42,351 bases of DNA from an uncultured bacterium (GCA_965370265.1 CBDUSL010000001.1:1-42351), one strand, 5' to 3'; counted from the first letter of the stretch, positions 30,197 through 38,389 are shown. The notes: generated by a model from the letters alone, not told the origin. Numbers and translations are program-made.

Positions 30197-31654
30197 TTAA
30201 CGATTTTTTAAAGATTTTAGCAGGGAAATTATTTCTTGTCTCGTAATCACCCTAATAACTAAAATCATAATTACGTAAATAATTACTCCAATTGGAATTA
30301 AAATAAGGAAGTTTATAAAATCTTTCAACCAAAATATAGTGCCGGACATTACCAAAGAGGCCATTAAGCTTCTTAAAAACCAGGAAATTATAACCTTTTT
30401 TTGGTATATCAAATATTTTGAAGTTTGATAATAACCAAGGATAAAAAGAAATATAGCGGAAGATAAGGCGGCAATTGAGGCCCCGATATGGTTAAATTTT
30501 GGGATGAGAATGAGATTTACAACAATATTAAAAACAACGGTCAGGCCCAGATTAATTGTATTGGTTTTTTGCCGGTTACTGGCGTTAAGGGAAGAACTGA
30601 GAATAAAGTTAACAAAAATAAATACTAAGCCCAAAATAGATATTCTAAAGGCAGGGATGGAGTTCGCGAAATCATCAGTAAATAAAACAGTTATTTTATC
30701 GGCCAAGACAAACGCCCCTAAAGAAATCGGGAGGGCAATAACCATTAAATAGCGAAAAGCGTTCTGGATAGTTTGGGTGAGAAGTTCTTTAGATTCAATA
30801 TAAAAACGGGATAAGGCCGGATAAATACTGTTATTGAAAGCGAGGGGGATAAACTGGATAGCGTAAGTTAATTTATAAGCGACCGAATACCAACCGACAT
30901 ATTGATCACCGTTTGAAGACCTTTTTAAAAACGAAAGGAGCAGAATATCGATGTAAGCGTAAATTTTAATAAAGATGCCAGCCAAAAAGAAGGGCATAGA
31001 AAGTTTTAAAAGGTGCCTGATAACCCCAAAATCAAGCTTATAGGCCGGTCTGGCTTCTGTTTTTCTAAGGATGCTTACCAGAGCGTAGATAAAATTGCCT
31101 AAAGCTCCAAGCAGGACGGCCACTCCCAAAACAATCGGATTATGGGTAAATTGTAAGGCGGTCACCCCGGCTCCAACCACTAAAAATTGGTAAATAATGG
31201 TGCCGATAGCCTCATATTTTAGATTTTGGTAACCTCTAAATATGGCGAATAGACTCAAGCTAAAAGACTCAAAAATCATAACCAGAGCCACCAAATAAAC
31301 CAGGTTTCTTGTTTCAGGAGGGTATCTTAATAAATTAATCGAAACAAAAATGAGCAAAAGAGAAATTAAGGCAAAATAAAACTTGACCGTAAAAACGGCC
31401 GAGAGATATTTTTTCGCCTTCTCTTTGGTTCTGGCTACTTCACGAATTAGAACCGGATTAAGGCCCAGATCGACTAAGATGCCAAAAATAGTAACAAAAG
31501 AAACAGCAAAAACAAATTTGCCGGTATTAATATAACCGATATATCGCGCATAATAAATAAAGTAACCAAATGAGATTACTTTCTGAACGGTATAGGCAAT
31601 TGTTAATAATAAGGTATTACGGGAAACTTTATTTGATCTGATATTTTCAGACAA
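30197..31654 (-). CDS. wzx: Wzx-type polysaccharide flippase (MOP superfamily)
   Basis: 485 aa with about 12-14 TM helices and a polysaccharide-biosynthesis-protein-like N-terminus. It heads a glycosyltransferase cluster. Confidence 0.7.
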   Translation of the reverse strand: MSENIRSNKVSRNTLLLTIAYTVQKVISFGYFIYYARYIGYINTGKFVFAVSFVTIFGILVDLGLNPVLIREVARTKEKAKKYLSAVFTVKFYFALISLLLIFVSINLLRYPPETRNLVYLVALVMIFESFSLSLFAIFRGYQNLKYEAIGTIIYQFLVVGAGVTALQFTHNPIVLGVAVLLGALGNFIYALVSILRKTEARPAYKLDFGVIRHLLKLSMPFFLAGIFIKIYAYIDILLLSFLKRSSNGDQYVGWYSVAYKLTYAIQFIPLAFNNSIYPALSRFYIESKELLTQTIQNAFRYLMVIALPISLGAFVLADKITVLFTDDFANSIPAFRISILGLVFIFVNFILSSSLNASNRQKTNTINLGLTVVFNIVVNLILIPKFNHIGASIAALSSAIFLFILGYYQTSKYLIYQKKVIISWFLRSLMASLVMSGTIFWLKDFINFLILIPIGVIIYVIMILVIRVITRQEIISLLKSLKNR

Positions 31655-31676
31655 GCGATTAATATTAAATAAATTT

Positions 31677-32171
31677 TTATCTTTTCTGCCACTGAGGAGC
31701 GCGCCTGGCTCCTTTTAAGCCAAATTTTTTTCGTTCTTTTACTCTCGGGTCTCTTCGAAGAAGACCTTCAGCTTTAAGAACTTTCCGGTTTTTAGAGTCC
31801 AGTAATTCTAAAACTCTGGCTAGTCCCAGTTTAACCGCATCAGCTTGACCTCTTTTGCCTCCGCCTTTAACACGGATACTTATTTTTCCATAATCTTTTA
31901 TGCCTAGAACAGCAAGTGGTTTATAAACATTAATTTGAAATTCCAGGGTTGGAAAATATTTTTTATATTCTTTATCGTTTACTATAAATTCTTTTTCACC
32001 TTTTTTATACAATCTCACTCTGGCGACGGAGCATTTTCTTCTGCCAACCGCAAAAAGATAGGTCCGACGAATCACTTTTTTCTTTTCTTCTTGGGGAATT
32101 GTTTCAACCCTCTTAACCGTTTTTTTGGCCTTTTTTTGCGACTTAACCGTTTTTTTGGCTTTGGTTGGCAT
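31677..32171 (-). CDS. rpsI: 30S ribosomal protein S9 with about 33-aa lysine-rich N-terminal extension
   Basis: GRRKCSVARVRL, GGGKRGQADAV and RRDPRVKERKKFGLKGARRAPQWQKR. Confidence 0.9.
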   Translation of the reverse strand: MPTKAKKTVKSQKKAKKTVKRVETIPQEEKKKVIRRTYLFAVGRRKCSVARVRLYKKGEKEFIVNDKEYKKYFPTLEFQINVYKPLAVLGIKDYGKISIRVKGGGKRGQADAVKLGLARVLELLDSKNRKVLKAEGLLRRDPRVKERKKFGLKGARRAPQWQKR

Positions 32172-32177
32172 TATACT

Positions 32178-32540
32178 TTATTTAATGGTTAATCTTTTTA
32201 AACTTTTTTTGCGCAATTTATTAACCGGCAACATATTATAAACTGCTTTTTTAACCGCTTTTTCCGGAGTTTCGTCAATAAGTTTTGAAAATTTGGTTTT
32301 TCTTATCCCGCCTGGATAACCAGTGTGTCGGTAATAAATTTTATTTTCTCTTTTTTTGCCCGTGATTTTTACCTCTTTAATATTAATAACTTCAATAAGT
32401 CTATTGTCTTCCAGATGAGGCTGATAGTCGGGTTTGTCTTTGCCCATCAATAGAACAGCCAGTTTACTGGCTAATCGGCCAAAGCTAACTCCTTGAGCAT
32501 CAATTATTAATTTTTCTGGTTCTTTTTTCATGCTAAACAA
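32178..32540 (-). CDS. rplM: 50S ribosomal protein L13 (short form)
   Basis: IIDAQGVSFGRLASKLAVLLMGK, YYRHTGYPGG and MLPVNKL. The start may be the Met 3 codons downstream. Confidence 0.9.
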   Translation of the reverse strand: MFSMKKEPEKLIIDAQGVSFGRLASKLAVLLMGKDKPDYQPHLEDNRLIEVINIKEVKITGKKRENKIYYRHTGYPGGIRKTKFSKLIDETPEKAVKKAVYNMLPVNKLRKKSLKRLTIK

Positions 32541-32880
32541 ATTCTATTAAAACTATTGGCGCGTTATCCCCGGCCCTGTTTTTCAATTTAATTATCCGGG
32601 TGTAGCCTCCCTTTCGATCTTTATATTGAGGGGATATATCTTTTATTAATTTATTGGACGACTTCAAGCTAATATGCCTTTCCAAATATCTTTTGGTTTG
32701 AAGGTTATCTTCGCCTGATTTTGTAATTAATTTTTCAATAAACGATTTTAAAACCTTAGCTTTGGCAGAGGTGGTTTTTATTTTTCCTTTAAGAATAAAA
32801 TCATTGGCAAGATTTCGAATTAACATCCTTCTTTGGTCGCTTTTACGGCCTAATATCTTTTTTTTCTTACGGTGTCTCAT
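32533..32880 (-). CDS. rplQ: 50S ribosomal protein L17
   Basis: MRHRKKKKILGRKSDQRRMLIRNLA and GGYTRIIKL..RAGDNAP. Confidence 0.9.
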   Translation of the reverse strand: MRHRKKKKILGRKSDQRRMLIRNLANDFILKGKIKTTSAKAKVLKSFIEKLITKSGEDNLQTKRYLERHISLKSSNKLIKDISPQYKDRKGGYTRIIKLKNRAGDNAPIVLIEFV

Positions 32881-32883
32881 ATT

Positions 32884-33768
32884 TTATGCGGTTGATTCGG
32901 TTTTTTTAGGTCTTCCCCTTTTCTTTTTTTCTTTTGTTTCCCCGCCTTCTTCCGAGTCTTCTTTTTTAGGTTCTGATTTCTCTTCCTTGCTTTCTTCTTT
33001 TTCCTCTTTTTCTTTATCGCTTTCGTCTTTAATTGGGGCAAGGGGTTTATCCTCTTTTTCTTTATCGCTCTTTTCTACTTTGGATTTAAGATTTTTCACA
33101 AAATTAAAATGTTCAACCAAAATGACGGAGGCCATTTTAAGAGCCTCCTCCGGAGTAATTGTCCCGTCGGTACTTACATTTAGAATCAAGCGCTCATAAT
33201 TGGTCATCTGGGCCACACGAACATTTTCTATATCAAAATTTACATTTTTTACGGGGGTGTAGATACTGTCTATAGCAATAGTGCCAATATCCAACTGTTC
33301 ATCTTCCCTTGTTTCAACCGTTACATAACCGCGTCCGGAACCGATGGTAAGCTCCATGTCTAATTCGGAGTCCTTGCCGGTTAATGTGGCTATATGCAGC
33401 TTTTTACTGACTACCTCGACATCGGATTTGGTTTTTATATCACCGGCCGTTACCGCTTTTTCGCCTTTAACATGTAAATTTACTTTTACCGGCTCTTCTC
33501 CATGAAAATTGAATTTTAATTTTTTTAAATTTAAAATAATAGTAACTACGTCTTCTTTTACATGAGAGATACTGGAAAATTCATGATCAACTCCTTTTAT
33601 CTTTACGGCCTGTACAGCCGCTCCCGGTAAAGATGATAAAAGGACCCGGCGCAGAGCGTTTCCGATCGTATTTCCATATCCCGGGTAAAGAGGTTCAAAA
33701 ATAAAAACTTTGCCGTTTTCCTGGCCTTTTTTAACTTCTATTTTCGACGGTAGGGGAAATTTTTCCAT
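32884..33768 (-). CDS. rpoA: DNA-directed RNA polymerase alpha subunit: N-terminal domain only, plus an E/K-rich tail ending in an AT-hook
   Basis: The NTD is recognisable (GYGNTIGNALRRVLLSSLPG ... PEEALKMASVILVEHF). Residues about 227-294 are low-complexity D/E/K/S ending in KKKRGRPKKTESTA, and no HhH alpha-CTD motif is present. Confidence 0.9.
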   Translation of the reverse strand: MEKFPLPSKIEVKKGQENGKVFIFEPLYPGYGNTIGNALRRVLLSSLPGAAVQAVKIKGVDHEFSSISHVKEDVVTIILNLKKLKFNFHGEEPVKVNLHVKGEKAVTAGDIKTKSDVEVVSKKLHIATLTGKDSELDMELTIGSGRGYVTVETREDEQLDIGTIAIDSIYTPVKNVNFDIENVRVAQMTNYERLILNVSTDGTITPEEALKMASVILVEHFNFVKNLKSKVEKSDKEKEDKPLAPIKDESDKEKEEKEESKEEKSEPKKEDSEEGGETKEKKKRGRPKKTESTA

Positions 33769-33793
33769 TGTTTTATTCCTTAAATATTATATA

Positions 33794-34417
33794 TTATTTC
33801 GAGTAAAATTCGACGATCAGCTGGGTCTGAATACCCAAATTTAATTGCTTTTCGTCCGGTAAATTCACAAACTGGCCCTTCAAAGTTTTTTTATCTAGAC
33901 TCATCCATTCCGGAACTTCATGTTTGTTTATTGATTTTATTAGTTCTAAAAAATATTTATTCTTCATGGATTTTTCACGAATAGTAATAATATCCTTAAC
34001 ATCTAAAAGATACGAAGGAATGTTTACTTTTTTATTATTAACCAGAAAATGACCGTGATTAACCGTCTTCCTGGCCTGAATCCGTGATTTAGCCATTCCC
34101 AGACGATAAATTACATTATCAAGCCTTCTCTCCAAAAACTGGAGAAAAATATCGCCGGTATTCCCTTTTTTGGCCATCGCTTTTTTCATATAACCCTTAA
34201 ACTGCGCTTCGGACAAACCGTACATGTGTCTTACTTTTTGTTTTTCCTGGAGGTGGACTCCATAACTGGAAAGTCTGGGTCTTCTTTTCTGGCCATGAGC
34301 GCCAGGCGGATAATTACGTTTGACCATGGCGCACTTTGGGGTATAACAACGATCCCCTTTCAAAAAAAGTTTTTCTCCGGCTCTTCGGCATTTTTTACAT
34401 TTTGCGTCTATATTCAT
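33794..34417 (-). CDS. rpsD: 30S ribosomal protein S4
   Basis: Zinc-ribbon-like CKKCRR..C..C N-terminus, YGVHLQEKQKVR and an S4 domain (RLDNVIYRLGMAKSR). Confidence 0.95.
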   Translation of the reverse strand: MNIDAKCKKCRRAGEKLFLKGDRCYTPKCAMVKRNYPPGAHGQKRRPRLSSYGVHLQEKQKVRHMYGLSEAQFKGYMKKAMAKKGNTGDIFLQFLERRLDNVIYRLGMAKSRIQARKTVNHGHFLVNNKKVNIPSYLLDVKDIITIREKSMKNKYFLELIKSINKHEVPEWMSLDKKTLKGQFVNLPDEKQLNLGIQTQLIVEFYSK

Positions 34418-34420
34418 AAA

Positions 34421-34807
34421 TTATACCCTTCTCACTTTTTTTGGTCTTGGCCCATTATGAGGAATAGGGGTACGGTCTTTAATACTGGTAATAGTCAGTC
34501 CATTGGCGTAAAGGGCTCTTACAGCCGATTCGCGTCCGGACCCGACTCCTTTTACAAAAACTTCGACAGATTTTAAACCAAAGTCTTTTACTTTTTCCAC
34601 CGCATCTCTAACGATTATTCCAGCTGCGTAAGGAGTGGCTTTTTTAGGGCCTTTAAATCCGACTTGTCCGGCCGAGGAAGAAGCAAGAACATTGCCGGAG
34701 GGATCGGTCAGGGTTACAATTGTATTATTATAGGTGGACATAATAAAAGCTTTGCCTTGGGTGACAAACTTTTTAACTTTTTTCTTTTTTTTGGGTTTAG
34801 CAGCCAT
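34421..34807 (-). CDS. rpsK: 30S ribosomal protein S11
   Basis: [31 protein letters not shown] and [11 protein letters not shown]. Confidence 0.95.
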   Translation of the reverse strand: MAAKPKKKKKVKKFVTQGKAFIMSTYNNTIVTLTDPSGNVLASSSAGQVGFKGPKKATPYAAGIIVRDAVEKVKDFGLKSVEVFVKGVGSGRESAVRALYANGLTITSIKDRTPIPHNGPRPKKVRRV

Positions 34808-34822
34808 AAAATTATAAAAAAA

Positions 34823-35215
34823 TTAAGTTTTTTCGGCGGAAGGTTTGCGTCCGGAGCCCATAGTTCTCCGCACATTACCTCTTACGGTTCTTGAATTTGT
34901 TTTGGTTCTCTGACCCCGAGCCGGCAAAGACCTTGAATGTCTGCTTCCCCGATAAGATCCAATCTCTTTTAATCTCTTAATATTAAGCAGGATTTCGCGC
35001 CTTAAATCACCTTCAACTTTATGATTTTTTTCAATCAAATTTCTTAATTTATTAACCTCCTCATCGGATAATTCTTCGGTTCTTTTATTTTTGTCGATTT
35101 TTTCTTCAGCTAAAATTCTGTTGGACTGGGTTCGCCCAATGCCAAAAATATAAGTTAAGGAGATTTCTATTCTTTTTTTAGGAGGAAGAGTTACCCCCGA
35201 GATTCTAACAGCCAT
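34823..35215 (-). CDS. rpsM: 30S ribosomal protein S13
   Basis: [23 protein letters not shown] and SYRGSRH...[10 protein letters not shown]. Confidence 0.95.
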   Translation of the reverse strand: MAVRISGVTLPPKKRIEISLTYIFGIGRTQSNRILAEEKIDKNKRTEELSDEEVNKLRNLIEKNHKVEGDLRREILLNIKRLKEIGSYRGSRHSRSLPARGQRTKTNSRTVRGNVRRTMGSGRKPSAEKT

Positions 35216-35223
35216 ATTAAATA

Positions 35224-35337
35224 TTATCCTTGTCTTTGTTTATGTTTAGGATTCTTGCAAATGACATAAATCCTTTTCTTGCGTCTCACAAGTTTACAGT
35301 CTTTGCACATTTTTTTTACAGAAGATCTTACTTTCAT
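35224..35337 (-). CDS. rpmJ: 50S ribosomal protein L36 (37 aa, below the ORF-track size cutoff)
   Basis: Hand translation of the minus strand gives [37 protein letters not shown]. The gene sits in the canonical slot between infA and rpsM. Confidence 0.9.
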   Translation of the reverse strand: MKVRSSVKKMCKDCKLVRRKKRIYVICKNPKHKQRQG

Positions 35338-35343
35338 ATAAAC

Positions 35344-35592
35344 TTATTGCCTATAAATTATGCGGCCCTTGGTAAGGTCGTAAGGGGACATTTCGATCAG
35401 AACTATGTCGCCCGGAAGTATTCTAATCCGGTGCATTCTCATTTTTCCGGAAAGATGGGCCAGAATTTCATGGCCGTTTTCAAGCACTACTTTAAAAGTA
35501 GTTGAAGGTAAAAGTTCGGTCACTTTTCCTTTTATCTCCAAAAAACCTTTCTTATTGGTTTTAACTTCGGTTTTTTTTGATTCTTCAGCCAT
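35344..35592 (-). CDS. infA: translation initiation factor IF-1
   Basis: S1-like core [57 protein letters not shown]. Confidence 0.9.
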   Translation of the reverse strand: MAEESKKTEVKTNKKGFLEIKGKVTELLPSTTFKVVLENGHEILAHLSGKMRMHRIRILPGDIVLIEMSPYDLTKGRIIYRQ

Positions 35593-35604
35593 AGATAATT
35601 AAAA

Positions 35605-35635
35605 ATTGCGCCTTAGACTCAAAAATTGGCGCAAT
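35605..35635 (-). promoter_or_regulatory. stem-loop in the infA 5' leader
   Basis: Perfect 8-bp inverted repeat ATTGCGCC / GGCGCAAT with a 15-nt loop. On the minus strand it is followed by UUUUUAAUUAUCU and then the infA AUG, with no SD visible. Confidence 0.35.
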
Positions 35636-35691
35636 ATTAGCAAATTTTATATAAATTTGGAGGCCAATCCTAAGTCTTGAGTTGCTTGTAT

Positions 35692-35720
35692 ACTCTATCA
35701 TAAGGCTTAAATACGGTCAA
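35692..35720 (-). promoter_or_regulatory. putative promoter for the infA-led operon
   Basis: Minus strand reads TTGACC, a 17-nt spacer, then TAGAGT. The -35 lies in the palindrome GGTCAAG-T-CTTGACC shared with the ispH promoter. Confidence 0.4.
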
Positions 35721-35723
35721 GTC

Positions 35724-35752
35724 TTGACCTGAAGCTAATATTTATCTATTCT
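35724..35752 (+). promoter_or_regulatory. putative ispH promoter with leaderless geometry
   Basis: TTGACC, a 17-nt spacer, then TATTCT, then exactly 6 nt before the ATG at 35759. No SD is present. Confidence 0.45.
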
Positions 35753-35758
35753 ATATGC

Positions 35759-36583
35759 ATGTCTAAAAAAATTATTTTTGCGAAAAAGTACGGGTTTTGT
35801 TTCGGAGTGAGGAGAGCCATTGATGTATTGGATATTTCCTCCGGGACAATGTACACTCTGGGGCCCATTATTCATAATCCACAGGTAGTTGACCATTATC
35901 TCAAAAAAGGGATAAAATCAATTGATTCCCTGGATGAAATTAATTCCGGAACTGTTTTTATTAGAGCCCATGGAGTTCCTGATAAAATCATAAATCAAGC
36001 CAAAGAAAAAAATTTAGAAGTAATAGACCTCACCTGCCCTTATGTTAAAAAAACCCAAATCCTGGCCAAAGAATTGGAAAAGGATGGCTACCAGGTAGTT
36101 ATCCTGGGCCAAAAAAATCATCCCGAAGTTATCGCCATTGCTTCAAACTTGAAACGGCCGGTTGTTGTCGAGTCTGTTCATAATTTAAGAGAAATAAAAA
36201 ATGATAAAATAGGGGTAATCTGCCAAACCACTTCCAATATAAAAAAAGCCGACAAACTGATTTCTAAATTAAAAAATGACTTTAAGGAAGTAAAAGTTTA
36301 TAATACCATTTGTAACGCCACTCATCTCAGACAAGAAGCGGTTAAGGAATTGGCCCAGCAATCCGATGTGGTAATTGTTATCGGCGGTAAAAAAAGTTCC
36401 AATACCAAAAAACTAAAAGAAGTTGCCGAAAAAATTATTAAAACTTATCATATTGAAACTGAAGATGAACTGCAAAAAGAATGGTTCATAGATAAGAACA
36501 CTATCGGCATTACGGCTGGCGCCTCTACCCCTAATTGGATCATAAAAAAAGTGGCCGAAAAAATAGACCACCTTATTAAATAA
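35759..36583 (+). CDS. ispH: 4-hydroxy-3-methylbut-2-enyl diphosphate reductase (IspH/LytB)
   Basis: YGFCFGVRRAI, GPIIHNP, LTCPYV, and ICNAT / GG..SSNT motifs. Confidence 0.9.
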   Translation: MSKKIIFAKKYGFCFGVRRAIDVLDISSGTMYTLGPIIHNPQVVDHYLKKGIKSIDSLDEINSGTVFIRAHGVPDKIINQAKEKNLEVIDLTCPYVKKTQILAKELEKDGYQVVILGQKNHPEVIAIASNLKRPVVVESVHNLREIKNDKIGVICQTTSNIKKADKLISKLKNDFKEVKVYNTICNATHLRQEAVKELAQQSDVVIVIGGKKSSNTKKLKEVAEKIIKTYHIETEDELQKEWFIDKNTIGITAGASTPNWIIKKVAEKIDHLIK

Positions 36584-36586
36584 AAT

Positions 36587-38383
36587 TTATTTTTCTAAGA
36601 CTGCCTTTATTCTTCTTACCCCTTTTGAGGAGGATTTTTCGGATATAATTTTAAAGTGTTTAAGTTCCCCTGTATTTTTTACATGCGGACCGGCGCAAAT
36701 TTCTTCGGAGAAACCGCCAATCGAATATACTTTAACTTTTTCGGGATATTTTTCTTTGAAAAAAGCAAACGCGCCGCTTTCAACCGCTTTTTTATAAGAC
36801 ATCTCTTCAAATGTTACCGGCATGTTATCCTTTATAACCTGGTTTATAATATCTTCTATTTTCTTTTTTTCCTCATCGGTCAATTTATCCCCATGAGAAA
36901 AATCAAATCTTAATCTTTCTTCGCTCAAATCGGAGCCCATCTGCTTGACGTGGTCGCCCAGTACTTTTCTTAAAGCGGTATGAAGCAAATGAGTAGCGGT
37001 GTGCTCTTTAGCCACCTTCTCCCCTAGTTTTCCGGCTCCGCCGAATTTTTTTTCGGCCCCGGCTCTGGATATTTTTTGATGTTCTTCAATTTTTTTCTGG
37101 AATTCCTTTTCATCAAACTGGTAGCCTTTTTTTTTGATTAAGTTTGGAGTAAGACCATAGGTGGAATAAAGTTGAAATGCTTCCTCAGCGCTAATCTTTC
37201 GCGAAGAAGGCTGATCAAGGGTTTTTTTCACTTTCTTTTTTTTGCCCATTTTTTCAAAAACCTTATCTACTTCCAGTTTTAAAACTTTACCGTAATTATC
37301 CCTTTCACCTTTTAGTAACTCTAAAATCTTTTTTTTATTTTTCTTTAATTCCGGATAAATATCCGAGTAAAGGTTTAAAACCACATCAATCAGAGGAGAC
37401 AAATCAAAGGCAGGAGATTCAAACTGGTCAATTAGGCGCCGATAAATACGGCGAAGAATATAACCCTGTTCTTTGTTCGAAAATTCCACTCCTTCCGAAA
37501 TAAGAAAAATACAACCTTTAAGATGGTCGGAAATTATTCTTAAGCTTTTATTCTTTTCTATCTCGCTTTGAAGTTTTTCGATGTTTTTGTCTTTTTTTGC
37601 TTCTTCAATTATCGGAGCAAAAAGATCCGTTTCAAAAAGAGAATCCTTTTTTTGAAGAATCATGGCCAGTCTTTCAAAACCCATACCGGTGTCAATATTC
37701 TTGGTCGGGAGATCATTAAAGTTTCCTTTGGCATCAAGAAAATACTGCATAAAAACCAGGTTCCATATTTCCACGAAGCGCCCGCAGGGACAGTTTGGTT
37801 TGCAGCTGTCATCATCGGAACACGGCTTGCCGGTCAAGTCATAGTGTATTTCCGAAGACGGTCCGCAAGGGCCGGACTTGCCGGGGGGGCCCCACCAATT
37901 GAATTCCCGTCCGAACTCATAAATTTTATCTTCGTTTATATATTTCTGCCAAACTTTAATCGCTTCAAAATCCTTGACTACTTCATCATCACCTTCAAAA
38001 ACGGTAGCGTAAATTCTTTTTTTATCCAATTTTAGCTCTTTGACCAGAAATTCATAGGCATATTCAATCGCTTTCTCCTTAAAATAACCGCCAATAGAAA
38101 AGTTCCCCATCATTTCAAAAAAAGTAAGGTGAACTTCGTCGCCAACTGATTCAATATCCGAGGTACGAAAACATTTCTGAATTGAAGTTAAGTTCCGGTT
38201 TTTAAAATCCCTTTTTATTGAGGTTTCACCCAGAAAATATGGCTTAAACTGCTGCATCCCGGCGGTGGTCAAAAGAACCGAAGGGTCGTTATCTGGGACC
38301 AAAGAAGAAGAGGAAACAAGCGTATGCTTCTTCTTTTTGGAGAAATACTTAATAAATTTTTCCCTGATTTTTTCAGACTTCAT
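36587..38383 (-). CDS. alaS: alanyl-tRNA synthetase, short form (catalytic, tRNA-recognition and editing domains; no C-Ala domain)
   Basis: SSSLVPDNDPSVLLTTAGMQQFKPYFLG, FEMMGNFS, and editing-domain HTATHLL ... CAGPHV. The start is set at the Met of MKSEKIREKF (ATG at 38383) by homology with AlaRS N-termini. Confidence 0.9.
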   Translation of the reverse strand: MKSEKIREKFIKYFSKKKKHTLVSSSSLVPDNDPSVLLTTAGMQQFKPYFLGETSIKRDFKNRNLTSIQKCFRTSDIESVGDEVHLTFFEMMGNFSIGGYFKEKAIEYAYEFLVKELKLDKKRIYATVFEGDDEVVKDFEAIKVWQKYINEDKIYEFGREFNWWGPPGKSGPCGPSSEIHYDLTGKPCSDDDSCKPNCPCGRFVEIWNLVFMQYFLDAKGNFNDLPTKNIDTGMGFERLAMILQKKDSLFETDLFAPIIEEAKKDKNIEKLQSEIEKNKSLRIISDHLKGCIFLISEGVEFSNKEQGYILRRIYRRLIDQFESPAFDLSPLIDVVLNLYSDIYPELKKNKKKILELLKGERDNYGKVLKLEVDKVFEKMGKKKKVKKTLDQPSSRKISAEEAFQLYSTYGLTPNLIKKKGYQFDEKEFQKKIEEHQKISRAGAEKKFGGAGKLGEKVAKEHTATHLLHTALRKVLGDHVKQMGSDLSEERLRFDFSHGDKLTDEEKKKIEDIINQVIKDNMPVTFEEMSYKKAVESGAFAFFKEKYPEKVKVYSIGGFSEEICAGPHVKNTGELKHFKIISEKSSSKGVRRIKAVLEK

Positions 38384-38389
38384 TATATC

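Noticed and set aside
32762-33199. 145-aa plus-strand ORF antisense to the rplQ start and the rpoA tail.
   Set aside because: It is the reverse complement of GAA/AAA/GAG-rich tail codons and yields an F/S/L-rich product. It lies within two well-supported ribosomal and RNAP genes.
37568-38035. 155-aa plus-strand ORF, and a nested 60-aa ORF, antisense to alaS.
   Set aside because: It lies inside the highly conserved AlaRS catalytic domain and has no expression signals. It is a typical shadow ORF.
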